Counted from the first letter of the stretch, positions 39,746 through 51,134 are shown. The stretch: DNA of 64,000 bases from an uncultured virus (IMG/VR IMGVR_UViG_3300033757_000130) (IMGVR_UViG_3300033757_000130), one strand, 5' to 3'. Translations and numbers: made by a program. The notes: generated from the sequence alone by a model not told the origin.

Positions 39746-40486
39746 CTAATTTAAAGTATCGTTTTCATATACGTAATTGAACAAATCTACATTTTCAGAT
39801 TTTTTGAGTTCTTGCAATGGTTTGTTCAACGATAATATGTCGTGATACTGATCTTGTTCTATCAAAGCTGATGCTGCAACATTGTAAATTGGATCGTAAA
39901 CTCCAGATACAGGTTGCAAAGTTGGATTATCTGCTGAGATAGTGTATTTACAATCTTTGTAGACTTTCAATGTCAATGTGTACGAATGTGATGCTAAACC
40001 AAATGACTCAGTATAGTATTTCACATCTCTAATTTCGTAAAAAGTCTTGTTCGCGGGTATATAAATTATATCGCCCACGCGCGGGATAATTTGATCGTAA
40101 ACTTCTGGAGTATTTCTATCATTTCCACCGTATGTAGAAAAATATCTAAACGATGTATTTGCTACATACATTTCGACTAAATCTTCACCCCAAATACCTT
40201 CTAACTTGTAAGTTCTAACACTAGTAGGCATTTGCTTGAAATAACCTCTAAAGTTAAACGCTCTTGCAATCCATTCAATTTGATCTTCGCCAAAATGAAC
40301 ATCGTATGCAATATTATGCGTAACGTAGTAGTATACGCATGAAATACCATACATGTCCAAACCTTCAATGGTAGCATTTGCTGCAACGTTTTTATCGTTT
40401 ACAGCAAAATTATCACCACTAGAACACACTTCGTATTCTGCTGTGGTTGGACAAAGCCATGGGAATTTTTGATAATCTACTGCCAT
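39746..40486 (-). CDS. Neck protein (T4 gp14-like)
   Basis: E....YG....YY, D..FGED, P.VGD.IY.P....FEI..V. Confidence 0.7.
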   Translation of the reverse strand: MAVDYQKFPWLCPTTAEYEVCSSGDNFAVNDKNVAANATIEGLDMYGISCVYYYVTHNIAYDVHFGEDQIEWIARAFNFRGYFKQMPTSVRTYKLEGIWGEDLVEMYVANTSFRYFSTYGGNDRNTPEVYDQIIPRVGDIIYIPANKTFYEIRDVKYYTESFGLASHSYTLTLKVYKDCKYTISADNPTLQPVSGVYDPIYNVAASALIEQDQYHDILSLNKPLQELKKSENVDLFNYVYENDTLN

Positions 40487-41286
40487 TATTGTACCGTCAC
40501 AATTCCGTTCAAGTTTGGTTCAAACACTACGTTGTTACCTGCTAAGATAATGTCTTGCGAATATGTGCATAACGAAATCGGTACAGTTCTAAATTGCGAA
40601 TTAGTAAATCCATATGGCATATTATTAGAAGCGCTAGCACGATCTGCATTATAGTTTGGATTTACACAGAACAACAAACAGTTGAAAGAATCATGAGCAG
40701 AATTACTTACTGAAGCAAGTCCATCATCATGTAATTCGATTGTAGAATGATCGTGAACTATGTCAGTCTCTGGAACAAAGAATTTGTAATAATCTTCTCT
40801 TGAAAATTCTGCAGAACTTGCTACGTTATTAGTATTACAAAAAATTGCACTCATTTCATTTTTAGCCGTCTGAGCTGCGTTATTCTTAGTGTAAGCACTC
40901 CAAATGTAACTGTATTGCATTGATTTAGATGCAGACATGTGTTGCAATACTGACTGATTGAACATTTCTTGATAGCTATAAGGAATATCATTTTCAGTGT
41001 CAGAATCAGTTGTAATGTCAGAAAGTTGAAACTTGTAACACATGAAAGTATTATCATCAGACTTTGCAAATTTGATATTGCTTGATACATCAGAATTTAA
41101 CCAAGTAAATGCTGTTAAACACGTTTCATGCAAATATGCAGAAACTTTATCAATATTTTGCATATTTGCACTAACTGAGTAAACACAAATATCGTCAATA
41201 TATTTGTGATTAAATAATTCTTGTTTATACTTTACTGCAGATAATCCAATAAAGTCTGTATATGATTTACAATAAACTGTAGCCAT
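40486..41286 (-). CDS. Hypothetical structural protein
   Basis: Coupled ORF in the structural cluster. Confidence 0.6.
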   Translation of the reverse strand: MATVYCKSYTDFIGLSAVKYKQELFNHKYIDDICVYSVSANMQNIDKVSAYLHETCLTAFTWLNSDVSSNIKFAKSDDNTFMCYKFQLSDITTDSDTENDIPYSYQEMFNQSVLQHMSASKSMQYSYIWSAYTKNNAAQTAKNEMSAIFCNTNNVASSAEFSREDYYKFFVPETDIVHDHSTIELHDDGLASVSNSAHDSFNCLLFCVNPNYNADRASASNNMPYGFTNSQFRTVPISLCTYSQDIILAGNNVVFEPNLNGIVTVQ

Positions 41287-44200
41287 TATTTTGCACCACT
41301 AATATTTATTAACGAACCACCAGAATATGTAAATTCATAAGTAGGAGGATTCGACGAAGATTTAGTTACTTTACCAACTCTGTTGAATTGAATATTGTAA
41401 CCTTCATTTTCTGCACCGTTTGAATCAAGGCGAATATCCATAACTGGACATTGATTTTCATCGACAATTAATGCGTATTGAAGATCGTCTGCTTTCAAAC
41501 CTGTACATACAACTGAATCACGATTAATGTCGTTTAACAAATTAACAATTGCTGCACTATTAGGAACATAGCTGTAAATCAATGCATTAGAACTTACAAC
41601 GTTTTTATCATATATATCAAGTTCATTGTAATACAATTTCACAGAAGTATCAGGAATTGATTCGATAATACGAATATGAATTGTAAAGTGTTCTTCATGA
41701 TGATCATTATTTGCATCATTATATTCAATATTAAATGATGCTCTTACGATGCCAGGTACTGCATCATAGCCAGTATACTGATCATCGACATACACTTCAT
41801 TATTGAACTTATCTTCGTTCTTAATTAGTGCGCCATTTATATGAATGTAACCTTCTTGGTCGACCCAAGCAAGATTCTGCTTATAATCGACGCAATCATT
41901 CTCACCGTCTACATATCTAGAAGTTTTATCGTTATAGATGACGAAGTCTAAATATTGAGTAGTTATTGGTTTGAAAGTAATATGACCAATTACTGAATTT
42001 CTAGATTTTTCATTAACTTCAAATACAGGTGAAGCTGTTGTAGTAATTACAACTTCTGGTATACCAGTCAAACCTGACAAGCAAGTAGCAGTCAATTTAT
42101 GAACTTCAGCTGTTTCTAAAGTAATTGAGTTTGTAATGTAGAAGTCTTGATAATTATCAGAAGACATTACATACTTTGCTGCAGAAATTTCATCAGGTGT
42201 TCCGTATAATTCGTAACTGTTATGATCGTTACATACATTATCCAAATATTTAACATGCATTGGTACAGGCTTAATAGTGCTTTTACCATATTCAAAACTA
42301 GAATATGAGTACGTATAGTAAGGATTTAGATTTGGCTTCATTTGATCAAGTGCAGAAATCATTGTAGTTGCAGGTGCAAAGAATGTATCAGGACTATTTA
42401 CTACAATTTGTGGTGCATTGTAACTGACTGTCAAATAATCATTTTCATCAAATGTTGCAGAGAAATGATGATCATTATCTGCGTGTAATGAAGCTCTACC
42501 TCTATACAAACCATAGTGCTGAGGATATGCAGTTAACTGTTTAGAAACGTATGCAGTAGTTGCACTCGCATGTACGCTAGATAGATTGTATGCTGCAGTC
42601 AAAATAGTATTGTAACTCCACATGTTCTTATTAGATGTCTGAAGCGATGGATCCAAGATATCGTGAGCAGAAGTTTGAGCTGGATAATGGAAATAACAAC
42701 CAGAACCTGCACCGTTCAAGCTCGAAATTCTTTTACGAACTTTACCAATAGTATCTAACTCATGCTCAGAGTCGTATGGTAAATCGGAACCCATATTTAG
42801 TCCATATTTGAAGAAAATCTGATCTTCATATAAGATTCCAAGATTTACTGGATAATTTTTGCCCTCGACATGTTCTTGATCGCAATAGTTAGTACCAATC
42901 AATGCAGGCGAAATCATGTTATAACACTGCAAGTAGTGAATGTATTGAATCTTATCACCACCTGTATTTTCTAAATCTTCACAATTCATGCCAGTAAATG
43001 TATCGTTTCTGTGCCAAATATCAGTCAAGTTAGCAGTAACTTGAATTGCAGAACATTTCAAATTATTTTGTAATACTGTATCAGCTGATGCTGCTCTGCT
43101 GAATTCATAAGCGTTTTCATTAGATTTGTTAGCACTATCGAAAATACAGTTACATGCGAACGAAGCAACTTTGTTTACATTCTTATAGTGATATAACTCG
43201 TCGTCGTGTTTTTCAGGCTGGAAGTTTTTAACACAAGCAAAAACTGTCGAATCAGTAATTGATTGACCATCTGAATAAACGTATTCGCCAAACATACCAC
43301 CAATGTTATAAACTGGGCTCAATTTGACATCCATAGTAGCACTAGTCTGTACGAATTTCTGTTTAGATAACTTTGTACGTGAAGTTTCATCTAGCTCAAC
43401 AGGATTAGACAATGCAGAAACTGGAAGTGTAAACGAACCAAACATTCCACTCAGCACATTACTAGAATAAGTAACTGTCAAATAAGGTTCTACTGCTGCG
43501 ATATTAAAGCTAGCTGCAGACTGAATAGGTGTCAGAACATCATCATGTAATTCTGCTGCAGAATATTCAACTATATCAGTAATAATTTTACTGTTACTTG
43601 TACTTACTCGATAATAACCATCAGTAATACTAATATTAGTTACAGTAGCAGTAACATCGCTCAACGTATGCACTATCGGATCATCATCAACACGATAATA
43701 AATTGTTGGAATCTTAATAGTAGTTGGTGCAATATTAACATTCAATGTATCATAAGTGTAACCGCTAAATTTTGAATAATTATTTGGTTGCGTAGATTCA
43801 TTTACGTAGAAATAACCATACGGCTGCATGTGTAAACGCGCGTCTAGACGTGAAGACACTGCGTCCATGTTAACCAAGTTATAATGTACATTGTTAAATG
43901 TAATAGGCATACCTTGCTCGTCAACTGCGTCAAGTCTTCCTTCATAATAAGGATTTTCTATACCTGTTAATCGAATCGTGCTAGAATATTCTGGCTCAGT
44001 CGCAGTATTATCTTCAATTGTTAAGTAATCTTCATACATGCCAGAAGAACCGAAGAACGATGTTCTAGCATTAACATTTTTTAATTTACCTCTAGCACCT
44101 CTACCTGCAATACCACCAATTAATGCAACAGTATTTTCTTTAAAAGTAAGTGTATTGACTGTACTTACATTTGTCATATCACCGTTGTTTTTACCAACTA

Positions 44201-45587
44201 GACCACCAATTAAGAATGCAGCTTTATTATTTGGTCCAAGTCTAAATGACATTGCGTGTAATTTTGAAACATCATTAACTGTTTCTGCGTCAGTGCTACC
44301 AAATAAAAATTTATCAGCTGGTCTATAATGGTCGCCTTCATGCTTATTATCATACAGCGTGAAAATATCACCCATATAGTTGAAATCACTTGTATAGTCA
44401 TCGATAAGTTTACCACCAGAAGTATATGTTCTATATAAAGGTGGTTGGAACTCATTAGATGTTCCAGTTGAAGAAAAGTCAATATCTCTTGTGCGAGAGT
44501 TGAAACAACCTTCGTTGAAATATCCAACGTATGGAATTAAGTTTGCTTCGCTGTTTAAGCAAAGTGGCGTTGGATAACAGAAATTTTTATAAGATGATAA
44601 CGCAGTAGTGGCAGTAAAATTGTTATCGATTTTAGAGTCAAGAATATCTTGGCTAATTAACTTCTTGTTACCACCATTTTGATCAGTTTTATTCTGAACA
44701 AAATAAACATCTGGACGAATCATATTAGCATATACGACCTTTGCAGACATTACTACATTTTCAATAGTACCGTTGTTAACACCAGCCAAAATACCAATGT
44801 TTACATCTCCTGCACCACGCTTAATTGAATTTAAACTAATCAAGTTAGTAGAGTCGTTAACTGTAACTGTAAGAACATTATCATCAATAAGTAATGCTTT
44901 ATCACGAATGAAAGCATTCAAGATTTTAAAATTCTTAACAATAGCATTTTCTGAAATATAGCCGAAAATACCACTAGCACGCTTATTTACACTGATACTA
45001 CGAATACACAATGCATATCCGTTACCATCGAACAAACCTCTAAATGGATGTTCTTGAGTAGAACCAAAGCATGAATCAATAATATCGATAAATTCGATAT
45101 CATCGTATAGAACTACTGCAAAATATTCGAGTTCTTGTTCTTTACAAACCTTAACTAATTTTGCAAATTCAGTTGAATTACCAACTAAGAAGAACTGACC
45201 ATACTTTTCAATATATTCTTTATACTTACCAGGCCATTCTTGTCCAAATTTATACAATAGGTTTCTGTAAGATTCTATGTTGCTATTGTCTACGATAATC
45301 AACTGAGTTGCATCTTGGTCTTCTTCTGTATTTTCTGTAATTTTGTAATATGTATTTTCAATATAACTACCAGAAGCCAGTGCATTTCCACACAATGCGC
45401 CGTTTTCGTAATATAAAGCGTTAGGATTCATCGTATAGAAGTCATCCATAGTACGCATATATTGAATTTGATCGTAAATTTTTTCATAATTTGAATTCAT
45501 CAAATATGCAGTACAATCAAATGAAGGTGGAACTTCACCTGCAATAAATTTACGTTTAAAGTCGTTAAATACTCGAGAAATTGACAT
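41286..45587 (-). CDS. Large virion protein with GLUG-like repeats
   Basis: F.G.FDGNGY, IGILAG.N.GTIEN, IGGLVG.N.G, IGGIAG motifs; 1433 aa. Confidence 0.7.
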   Translation of the reverse strand: MSISRVFNDFKRKFIAGEVPPSFDCTAYLMNSNYEKIYDQIQYMRTMDDFYTMNPNALYYENGALCGNALASGSYIENTYYKITENTEEDQDATQLIIVDNSNIESYRNLLYKFGQEWPGKYKEYIEKYGQFFLVGNSTEFAKLVKVCKEQELEYFAVVLYDDIEFIDIIDSCFGSTQEHPFRGLFDGNGYALCIRSISVNKRASGIFGYISENAIVKNFKILNAFIRDKALLIDDNVLTVTVNDSTNLISLNSIKRGAGDVNIGILAGVNNGTIENVVMSAKVVYANMIRPDVYFVQNKTDQNGGNKKLISQDILDSKIDNNFTATTALSSYKNFCYPTPLCLNSEANLIPYVGYFNEGCFNSRTRDIDFSSTGTSNEFQPPLYRTYTSGGKLIDDYTSDFNYMGDIFTLYDNKHEGDHYRPADKFLFGSTDAETVNDVSKLHAMSFRLGPNNKAAFLIGGLVGKNNGDMTNVSTVNTLTFKENTVALIGGIAGRGARGKLKNVNARTSFFGSSGMYEDYLTIEDNTATEPEYSSTIRLTGIENPYYEGRLDAVDEQGMPITFNNVHYNLVNMDAVSSRLDARLHMQPYGYFYVNESTQPNNYSKFSGYTYDTLNVNIAPTTIKIPTIYYRVDDDPIVHTLSDVTATVTNISITDGYYRVSTSNSKIITDIVEYSAAELHDDVLTPIQSAASFNIAAVEPYLTVTYSSNVLSGMFGSFTLPVSALSNPVELDETSRTKLSKQKFVQTSATMDVKLSPVYNIGGMFGEYVYSDGQSITDSTVFACVKNFQPEKHDDELYHYKNVNKVASFACNCIFDSANKSNENAYEFSRAASADTVLQNNLKCSAIQVTANLTDIWHRNDTFTGMNCEDLENTGGDKIQYIHYLQCYNMISPALIGTNYCDQEHVEGKNYPVNLGILYEDQIFFKYGLNMGSDLPYDSEHELDTIGKVRKRISSLNGAGSGCYFHYPAQTSAHDILDPSLQTSNKNMWSYNTILTAAYNLSSVHASATTAYVSKQLTAYPQHYGLYRGRASLHADNDHHFSATFDENDYLTVSYNAPQIVVNSPDTFFAPATTMISALDQMKPNLNPYYTYSYSSFEYGKSTIKPVPMHVKYLDNVCNDHNSYELYGTPDEISAAKYVMSSDNYQDFYITNSITLETAEVHKLTATCLSGLTGIPEVVITTTASPVFEVNEKSRNSVIGHITFKPITTQYLDFVIYNDKTSRYVDGENDCVDYKQNLAWVDQEGYIHINGALIKNEDKFNNEVYVDDQYTGYDAVPGIVRASFNIEYNDANNDHHEEHFTIHIRIIESIPDTSVKLYYNELDIYDKNVVSSNALIYSYVPNSAAIVNLLNDINRDSVVCTGLKADDLQYALIVDENQCPVMDIRLDSNGAENEGYNIQFNRVGKVTKSSSNPPTYEFTYSGGSLINISGAK

Positions 45588-45590
45588 TCT

Positions 45591-48083
45591 TTACCACTTT
45601 TTTAATGTATTTATTACAATATTTTCAACATCAGAAGAAACTTTAGAACGATTTGCAGTAAGTAACATTGAAGCTTCTGCAGTTTGGTTTGTATTTGCTA
45701 ATTCTGCTACAGATTTTGAAATTGCAGTAGCATTATTAACGTTCACTGTAGGTGTAAGTGATTCATCAGGAGTATTACCCATGAAGTTCAACCAATCTTT
45801 TATAGTTTTATCATAGCCATTACCTAATGTTTTCTGTAATAGTTCATTCGACAACTTAATATCATCTGCAATAATACCAGGCTGCTTTATCAAGTCAGTT
45901 GCTGAATCGTATTTTTCTCTTACAGGACCTGAATAAGTAAATGCTGTTGCTAGCATTAATTCACCAGTAGAACTTCTAGCAATAAATGGCGAACCAATTG
46001 TAGTATTGATTGACAAGTAAGCAATAATACGCTCTCTTGTCATAATACCACCTTCAACGTTATCCCATCTATCATGATTTCTAATCGTCTGGAATGTAAC
46101 TTCATCATTATTTGAATATTTGTTATCATATGGCAAAATTACATATCTACAGCTAGCGAACAAAGTTTGATAGTGATCAATACGCCAGAATGTACTAATA
46201 TTCGAGAATGAGTTAATGAACTTATCAAGACCATAATACACGAACTTACTAAGCAAATCTGGTGTCAAGGCCAAAAATATCATCGCTGTACCAGCTGCTG
46301 CATTCAATACTCCAGTCGCAATAGTACCAAGACCCTTCTTGAATTTATCAAATTTATGAGTAGAGAATGGTGAAGAAATGATATACCAAGTACCTACTGC
46401 TGCGTTAATGACATTACCAATAGTTGCATCATACAAATAATCAAGGAAACCTTTGTCTTTAGGTTTACCTGCATAGTTAGCCTTAGCACCATGATAAATT
46501 CTATCAATTGAAATAGTTTTTAACTTATCGAGATTGCATGGATATACTAAAATCTGTGAAAGTGTATGATCTGCGAAATCTGACAAAATGTCTTTAATTT
46601 CAGCTTTTCTAGCAGGTACAGTACTTGTATTTTGATATTCTGCTAGCAATTTAGTATATTCATCTCTAGGAATATAACGCAACTTTGCAGATTCTAATAA
46701 ATTATCAAGAAATTGCCAGTTATCTTTACCATTCCACACTTTCAACATTGCAATATTACATGCATCATTGACAGTAGTCATGTCATAGTAACACCAATTC
46801 TTTAAACTTTCTACCCAGAAATAAGTAGGAATATCAGTTTTATCTGCGGCAGTTTTAGCAACCAACTTTGATGAAAACTCTACTTCTACTGCATCAGATG
46901 TTTCTTCATAAAATTCCATTGGTGTAATGTAGTCATCACTTAGTGGAATTATCAACATATCAGTCATTAATTTGTTGTCTTCTAATGCTTTATCAGTATA
47001 GTTAATAGGTTCAGTTTGAATCTGCGGAATCAAAAAAAGCTTCTTTAAGAAACCACGAGGATATGAACCTGTATTATCGAAGTTTACATAAGTAACATTT
47101 TCTTCATCTACTGCAACAACCATGTGTTCATCATACACTTCTTCGAGCATAGGAGCAGAAGATTCAAAGAATGTCTTCAAGTCTCCATTGTATTTAGTTG
47201 GGTCAGTTAGAACAAAAATGTCAGAGTGTATACGATAACCTTGATTTAATCCATCGATATCGTAATAAAGCACGCCTGAAAAATCAAATATGTATGCAAT
47301 ATCTGTAGTTGGAGGTGCACTTGCATCTCCGTCAGGATATTCACCGCATTCACAACGTTGTATGTCACCTGGTTCATACTCAGTTAAATTACCAATAGCA
47401 TATTGGTTAAATGCTACATCTTTATAATATGTTTCGGTTAGACCAACTGTAGAACTTGCATATCTAATGAAACGACCTACTTCAGTACCAGTAGAAGAGT
47501 TTGGAAATTCTTCTTCTTCACCAAACAAATTATTCCAACAAGTAGCAGCAGTATCATCATCAAAATAATCAGAAGTAATTTCTGTACCATTTAGTGTTGA
47601 ACTTACTAACTTATAATATTTGCTATTTTCGCCATAAATTTCTTGATATTTCAAGTCTAAAGTTATATCATCTGCAAAGAAAGTTACATGATCAGCTGGT
47701 AAATCTGTCCAATTAGGTACATCATCATCATAATCAACTAGAACGTTAATTTTGTCAATTTTCCTAAATTTTACATTTCGAACCAAGACATGATTTGCAT
47801 CAAGTCTTTCGCAAGGATATTCTTGGTTCGGATCTCCTTTTCGTAGTAAGAACAACGGAGTAAACTTAAAAAGTAATTTTGCACATCCATCACCAGGACC
47901 ATTACCAGTTTTATGCAAAACAGCTGACTCAATAGTAGTGTATTGAGTACTTGTTTCAGCTGTACAAAAGATAAGTCCGTTAAAGAATAAGTAAGGATCT
48001 GTACCATATTCGTTAGGACCATAAATTCCCTTATACTTTAGAGTTTGATAGTCTAACACCATTTTTTCAATAGTTGCGCTCAT
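45591..48083 (-). CDS. Large hypothetical protein (830 aa)
   Basis: Long ORF directly after uvsW. Confidence 0.7.
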   Translation of the reverse strand: MSATIEKMVLDYQTLKYKGIYGPNEYGTDPYLFFNGLIFCTAETSTQYTTIESAVLHKTGNGPGDGCAKLLFKFTPLFLLRKGDPNQEYPCERLDANHVLVRNVKFRKIDKINVLVDYDDDVPNWTDLPADHVTFFADDITLDLKYQEIYGENSKYYKLVSSTLNGTEITSDYFDDDTAATCWNNLFGEEEEFPNSSTGTEVGRFIRYASSTVGLTETYYKDVAFNQYAIGNLTEYEPGDIQRCECGEYPDGDASAPPTTDIAYIFDFSGVLYYDIDGLNQGYRIHSDIFVLTDPTKYNGDLKTFFESSAPMLEEVYDEHMVVAVDEENVTYVNFDNTGSYPRGFLKKLFLIPQIQTEPINYTDKALEDNKLMTDMLIIPLSDDYITPMEFYEETSDAVEVEFSSKLVAKTAADKTDIPTYFWVESLKNWCYYDMTTVNDACNIAMLKVWNGKDNWQFLDNLLESAKLRYIPRDEYTKLLAEYQNTSTVPARKAEIKDILSDFADHTLSQILVYPCNLDKLKTISIDRIYHGAKANYAGKPKDKGFLDYLYDATIGNVINAAVGTWYIISSPFSTHKFDKFKKGLGTIATGVLNAAAGTAMIFLALTPDLLSKFVYYGLDKFINSFSNISTFWRIDHYQTLFASCRYVILPYDNKYSNNDEVTFQTIRNHDRWDNVEGGIMTRERIIAYLSINTTIGSPFIARSSTGELMLATAFTYSGPVREKYDSATDLIKQPGIIADDIKLSNELLQKTLGNGYDKTIKDWLNFMGNTPDESLTPTVNVNNATAISKSVAELANTNQTAEASMLLTANRSKVSSDVENIVINTLKKW

Positions 48084-49577
48084 CTATACTCCTAATTCCA
48101 TAGTCTTGATAGGAAATTCTTGTTCTTTGTAGTATTTTTCTCTTTCCTTCCAATGCTGATATAAGTAATTATGCATTACTCTAGTTCTTGCTGTGTAACT
48201 CATATCATCAATGATATCGTAAAGAATAACTCTAATCTTTGTATTGTGCTTTCTCAAACCTCTACCAAGACTCTGTAGAACTTTGATTTTGCTCTTACTG
48301 TTTGCATACAAAATTACTTCATGTAACTTTGGCATGTTAATACCTGTTGAACAAGTACCATACGTGGCAACAATAATTGTTCCTTCTTCACTTTCTAGTT
48401 TCTTTCTAATATCTTCTCGATCTGCAGCACTTACTTTACCGCTAATAACTTTTACGTTTCTATCAGGATAATTAGCAGTTAACCAAGCAGCAGTATTCGA
48501 TAAGTGTTCAATGTGGTTGCAAAGCAACAAAACATTGTGTTCTTTTGGCGTATGTGCTAGAATTGTAGCGAGAACCTTCTGTCTAGCTACATAACTTTCT
48601 ACAAGCTTTACTTCTTCTGGATAACTTCTTCCTTTATTCTTTGCAATGAACTGAGCAGGATATTTAACAAAGATGCCTGCTACAGTCATTCTAGTCAAAA
48701 TACCTCTATCAATCAATTCTTTAGAAGTAATTGTGTAAAGAACATTACCAAGAACTGCATTGATATACAACAAATCTGCAGGTCCAGTTGGAAGAGTACC
48801 AGTAGTTCCAATACGATATTCAGTATTGATGCATTGCTTTAAAATAGTGTTAATAACGTTTGCTTTACTTCCATGACATTCATCAACAATTACAGCATCA
48901 ATCTCTTCATAATATTCTTTGTCTTCAATCTTTTGTAAACTCTGCCAAGTCGAAATAAGTACAGGCAACTTGAATGTAGGCTTCTTTGAAGAGTAAAGAA
49001 GTTCTACAGTATCATCTACATCTTTCCATCCGTATTCGATAAAGTCAGAACGCATCTGTTCAACAAGCGAAACGTTAGGAACAATAAGCAAAATCTTGTG
49101 AATACGCTTATACTTAAGCATATTCTTAATCATGCAGTAAATAATCATTGATTTACCAGAAGAAGTACAGCACTGAAGAATACCAGTACGCTTTTGTAAA
49201 GCAAGCTTACATGCTTCTTCTTGATAATCACGTAAATGTAAACCAGAATCTTTCAAAGCTTCATCACAAGTTTCTTTGAATTCTTGTTCATCAAATTCAG
49301 ATTCGAAGTTATTGAAATCACTTTCATACTTTAAAGTGTATGAATGTTTTTCACAAAACTTTTCAAGCAATGGAACTAGACCAGAAGACAACAAACGATT
49401 GTTGATGCCAAAAAATCTAATACGTCCATCCCAGACTCTAGCTTTGTATCTTGGGTTGAAAATGTAACCTTCTGCATAAACTGCAAAATATGAATTTATA
49501 TCGTGAAGAACATCTTCATATGCATCAATTCTCACATAAGTAGAATTTATTTTTGTAACAATAACTTCATTAATCAT
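48084..49577 (-). CDS. uvsW: UvsW-like SF2 DNA helicase
   Basis: WDG.IR, LRDYQ, TSSGKS, ISTWQS, DECH, G.TGT, STGIN, QSLGRGLR. Confidence 0.93.
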   Translation of the reverse strand: MINEVIVTKINSTYVRIDAYEDVLHDINSYFAVYAEGYIFNPRYKARVWDGRIRFFGINNRLLSSGLVPLLEKFCEKHSYTLKYESDFNNFESEFDEQEFKETCDEALKDSGLHLRDYQEEACKLALQKRTGILQCCTSSGKSMIIYCMIKNMLKYKRIHKILLIVPNVSLVEQMRSDFIEYGWKDVDDTVELLYSSKKPTFKLPVLISTWQSLQKIEDKEYYEEIDAVIVDECHGSKANVINTILKQCINTEYRIGTTGTLPTGPADLLYINAVLGNVLYTITSKELIDRGILTRMTVAGIFVKYPAQFIAKNKGRSYPEEVKLVESYVARQKVLATILAHTPKEHNVLLLCNHIEHLSNTAAWLTANYPDRNVKVISGKVSAADREDIRKKLESEEGTIIVATYGTCSTGINMPKLHEVILYANSKSKIKVLQSLGRGLRKHNTKIRVILYDIIDDMSYTARTRVMHNYLYQHWKEREKYYKEQEFPIKTMELGV

Positions 49578-49581
49578 AATC

Positions 49582-49767
49582 TTATTCCGTTTTCTTTTTG
49601 TGACGACGTTTCTTGGCTTCTCTTTCTGATTTAATTCGCTTTTGTTCTTCACAAAATGCTTCAAACTCTGCATCGAAAGCAACTGTATCAATTTCAGCAA
49701 CATTTGGTTTAGAAATTACAGGTTTGTTTCTATGAGTTTTATTATTATATCTAACTCGGTATGCCAT
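49582..49767 (-). CDS. Small basic hypothetical protein
   Basis: CATAAATA upstream; shares AFDA.FEAFC.EQK.IK with 51135-51497. Confidence 0.6.
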   Translation of the reverse strand: MAYRVRYNNKTHRNKPVISKPNVAEIDTVAFDAEFEAFCEEQKRIKSEREAKKRRHKKKTE

Positions 49768-49849
49768 ATTTTTACTCGTTCTTTCTGTATTTATGAACTA
49801 AAAAATGCTGCCTACTTATAAGCAGCATTTTCTAATATACGTAGTAAGA

Positions 49850-50281
49850 TTAAACTTTATTAGGATCTGGCAATGCCTGAATCTGAACACCGAATAACTG
49901 ACGTGCTGCATGATTAAATTTTGCTACAAATGCAGTTGCAATCTTATAATCTTTCTCTACGAGATATTCGTAAGTTGCTTTAGCACTTCCCCATGCTTCT
50001 GTGTGTTCAGCAGCTTCATCACCTGTTTGCACTTCTCCACAAACTTGTGTAAAAGCTTCATCTGCTAATTGTTGAGCGCCGGCTATAGTTAAAGTATGAG
50101 TATTTTGTAAGTAGTTGTATTGATTGATCATGTCACTTGCAAGTTCTGCGGTTTCAAGCTCATGTGGTTCTTCAGCATTTGCAAGTGGTGTTAAATACAT
50201 AGATGCACCCAATGTTGCTGCTTTCAAAAAATCTGTAAATTTACTTTCGTCTAGTAATTCTTCTGGCTTAATATTATACAT
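49850..50281 (-). CDS. Hypothetical protein
   Basis: GGAG SD and ATG 50281. Confidence 0.6.
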   Translation of the reverse strand: MYNIKPEELLDESKFTDFLKAATLGASMYLTPLANAEEPHELETAELASDMINQYNYLQNTHTLTIAGAQQLADEAFTQVCGEVQTGDEAAEHTEAWGSAKATYEYLVEKDYKIATAFVAKFNHAARQLFGVQIQALPDPNKV

Positions 50282-50513
50282 TTGTATCTCCAATATATTT
50301 CCAATCGCACTTACAATTATAACGACCAGGTTCATTCGGAACATGACCATACCATTGAGGTTGTTCATCAGATTCAACTACTACTCCATCCATGTCTTTG
50401 CATAAATCGCAACATTGTGGATTTGCGATGAATTGCCATCTTTTCGAACCAGAAGATGCATTTACTCTTTTAAGAATATCTGCTGCAGTCTCATATAAGT
50501 ACTTAAGTTTCAT
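50274..50513 (-). CDS. Small Cys-rich protein resembling the phage Mu gpF C-terminal Zn motif
   Basis: CDLC...DG.......H.PN....CKC. Confidence 0.5.
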   Translation of the reverse strand: MKLKYLYETAADILKRVNASSGSKRWQFIANPQCCDLCKDMDGVVVESDEQPQWYGHVPNEPGRYNCKCDWKYIGDTNV

Positions 50514-50577
50514 GATATATTTATGAAAAAATGGGTGAGAAAGCACCCATTTTCGAGAATTTATGAAAAAATAAATA

Positions 50578-51048
50578 TTAAGAAATTCCGGCTAATTTCT
50601 TAGCATTTTCTGCTCTAGCTGCTTCCATTTCAGCTTTAGTACGTCTACGTGCTCTTGGCTTTTTTGGTTTAGGCAGTTCGACAGATTGAGTTTCTTCTTT
50701 AATTATAGATTGATTTTCAGGAGATTCTTCTTTGTTTTCTTCAACAACTGTTTGTACAGATTCGACAGTTTGTGAACAAACTGGCTGCGCTACTGATGCT
50801 TTAGTTTTTACTTTTTCGAAGTTAAGAACCAATTTATCACAAGAATCATTAAAATCTGCACTAACACATTCAAAATCAGGTTCTACTAATGAATCTACAT
50901 ATTTCTTTGTAATTTCACTAGGTGTTTTGAATGTTAAGTTAAACAGATTTTTAGAATATTTAATCTTGAATAGTTTTAAATCTTCTATGAATCCTGTAGT
51001 AGAATTCATCTCTATTTCACATTTATTATATATTGATACAGTAATCAT
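50578..51048 (-). CDS. Hypothetical protein with RRTKAE motif
   Basis: GAGGTG SD; basic RRRTKAEMEA tail. Confidence 0.65.
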   Translation of the reverse strand: MITVSIYNKCEIEMNSTTGFIEDLKLFKIKYSKNLFNLTFKTPSEITKKYVDSLVEPDFECVSADFNDSCDKLVLNFEKVKTKASVAQPVCSQTVESVQTVVEENKEESPENQSIIKEETQSVELPKPKKPRARRRTKAEMEAARAENAKKLAGIS

Positions 51049-51074
51049 ACATTCACCTCATTACTTAAGATATT

Positions 51075-51125
51075 TTTTCTTATCTGACGATATAAAATAT
51101 AAATAAAAATTTTGAACTGAGAAAG
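51075..51125 (+). repeat. Dispersed ~52-bp repeat, copy C
   Basis: TTTTCTTATCTGACGATATAAAATATAAATAAAAATTTTGAACTGAGAAAG. Confidence 0.85.
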
Positions 51126-51134
51126 CAGCATTTT

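Noticed and set aside
49578..49703. N-terminal extension of uvsW given in the ORF track
   Set aside because: Overlaps the 49582-49767 gene; ATG 49577 directly after that gene's stop fits better.
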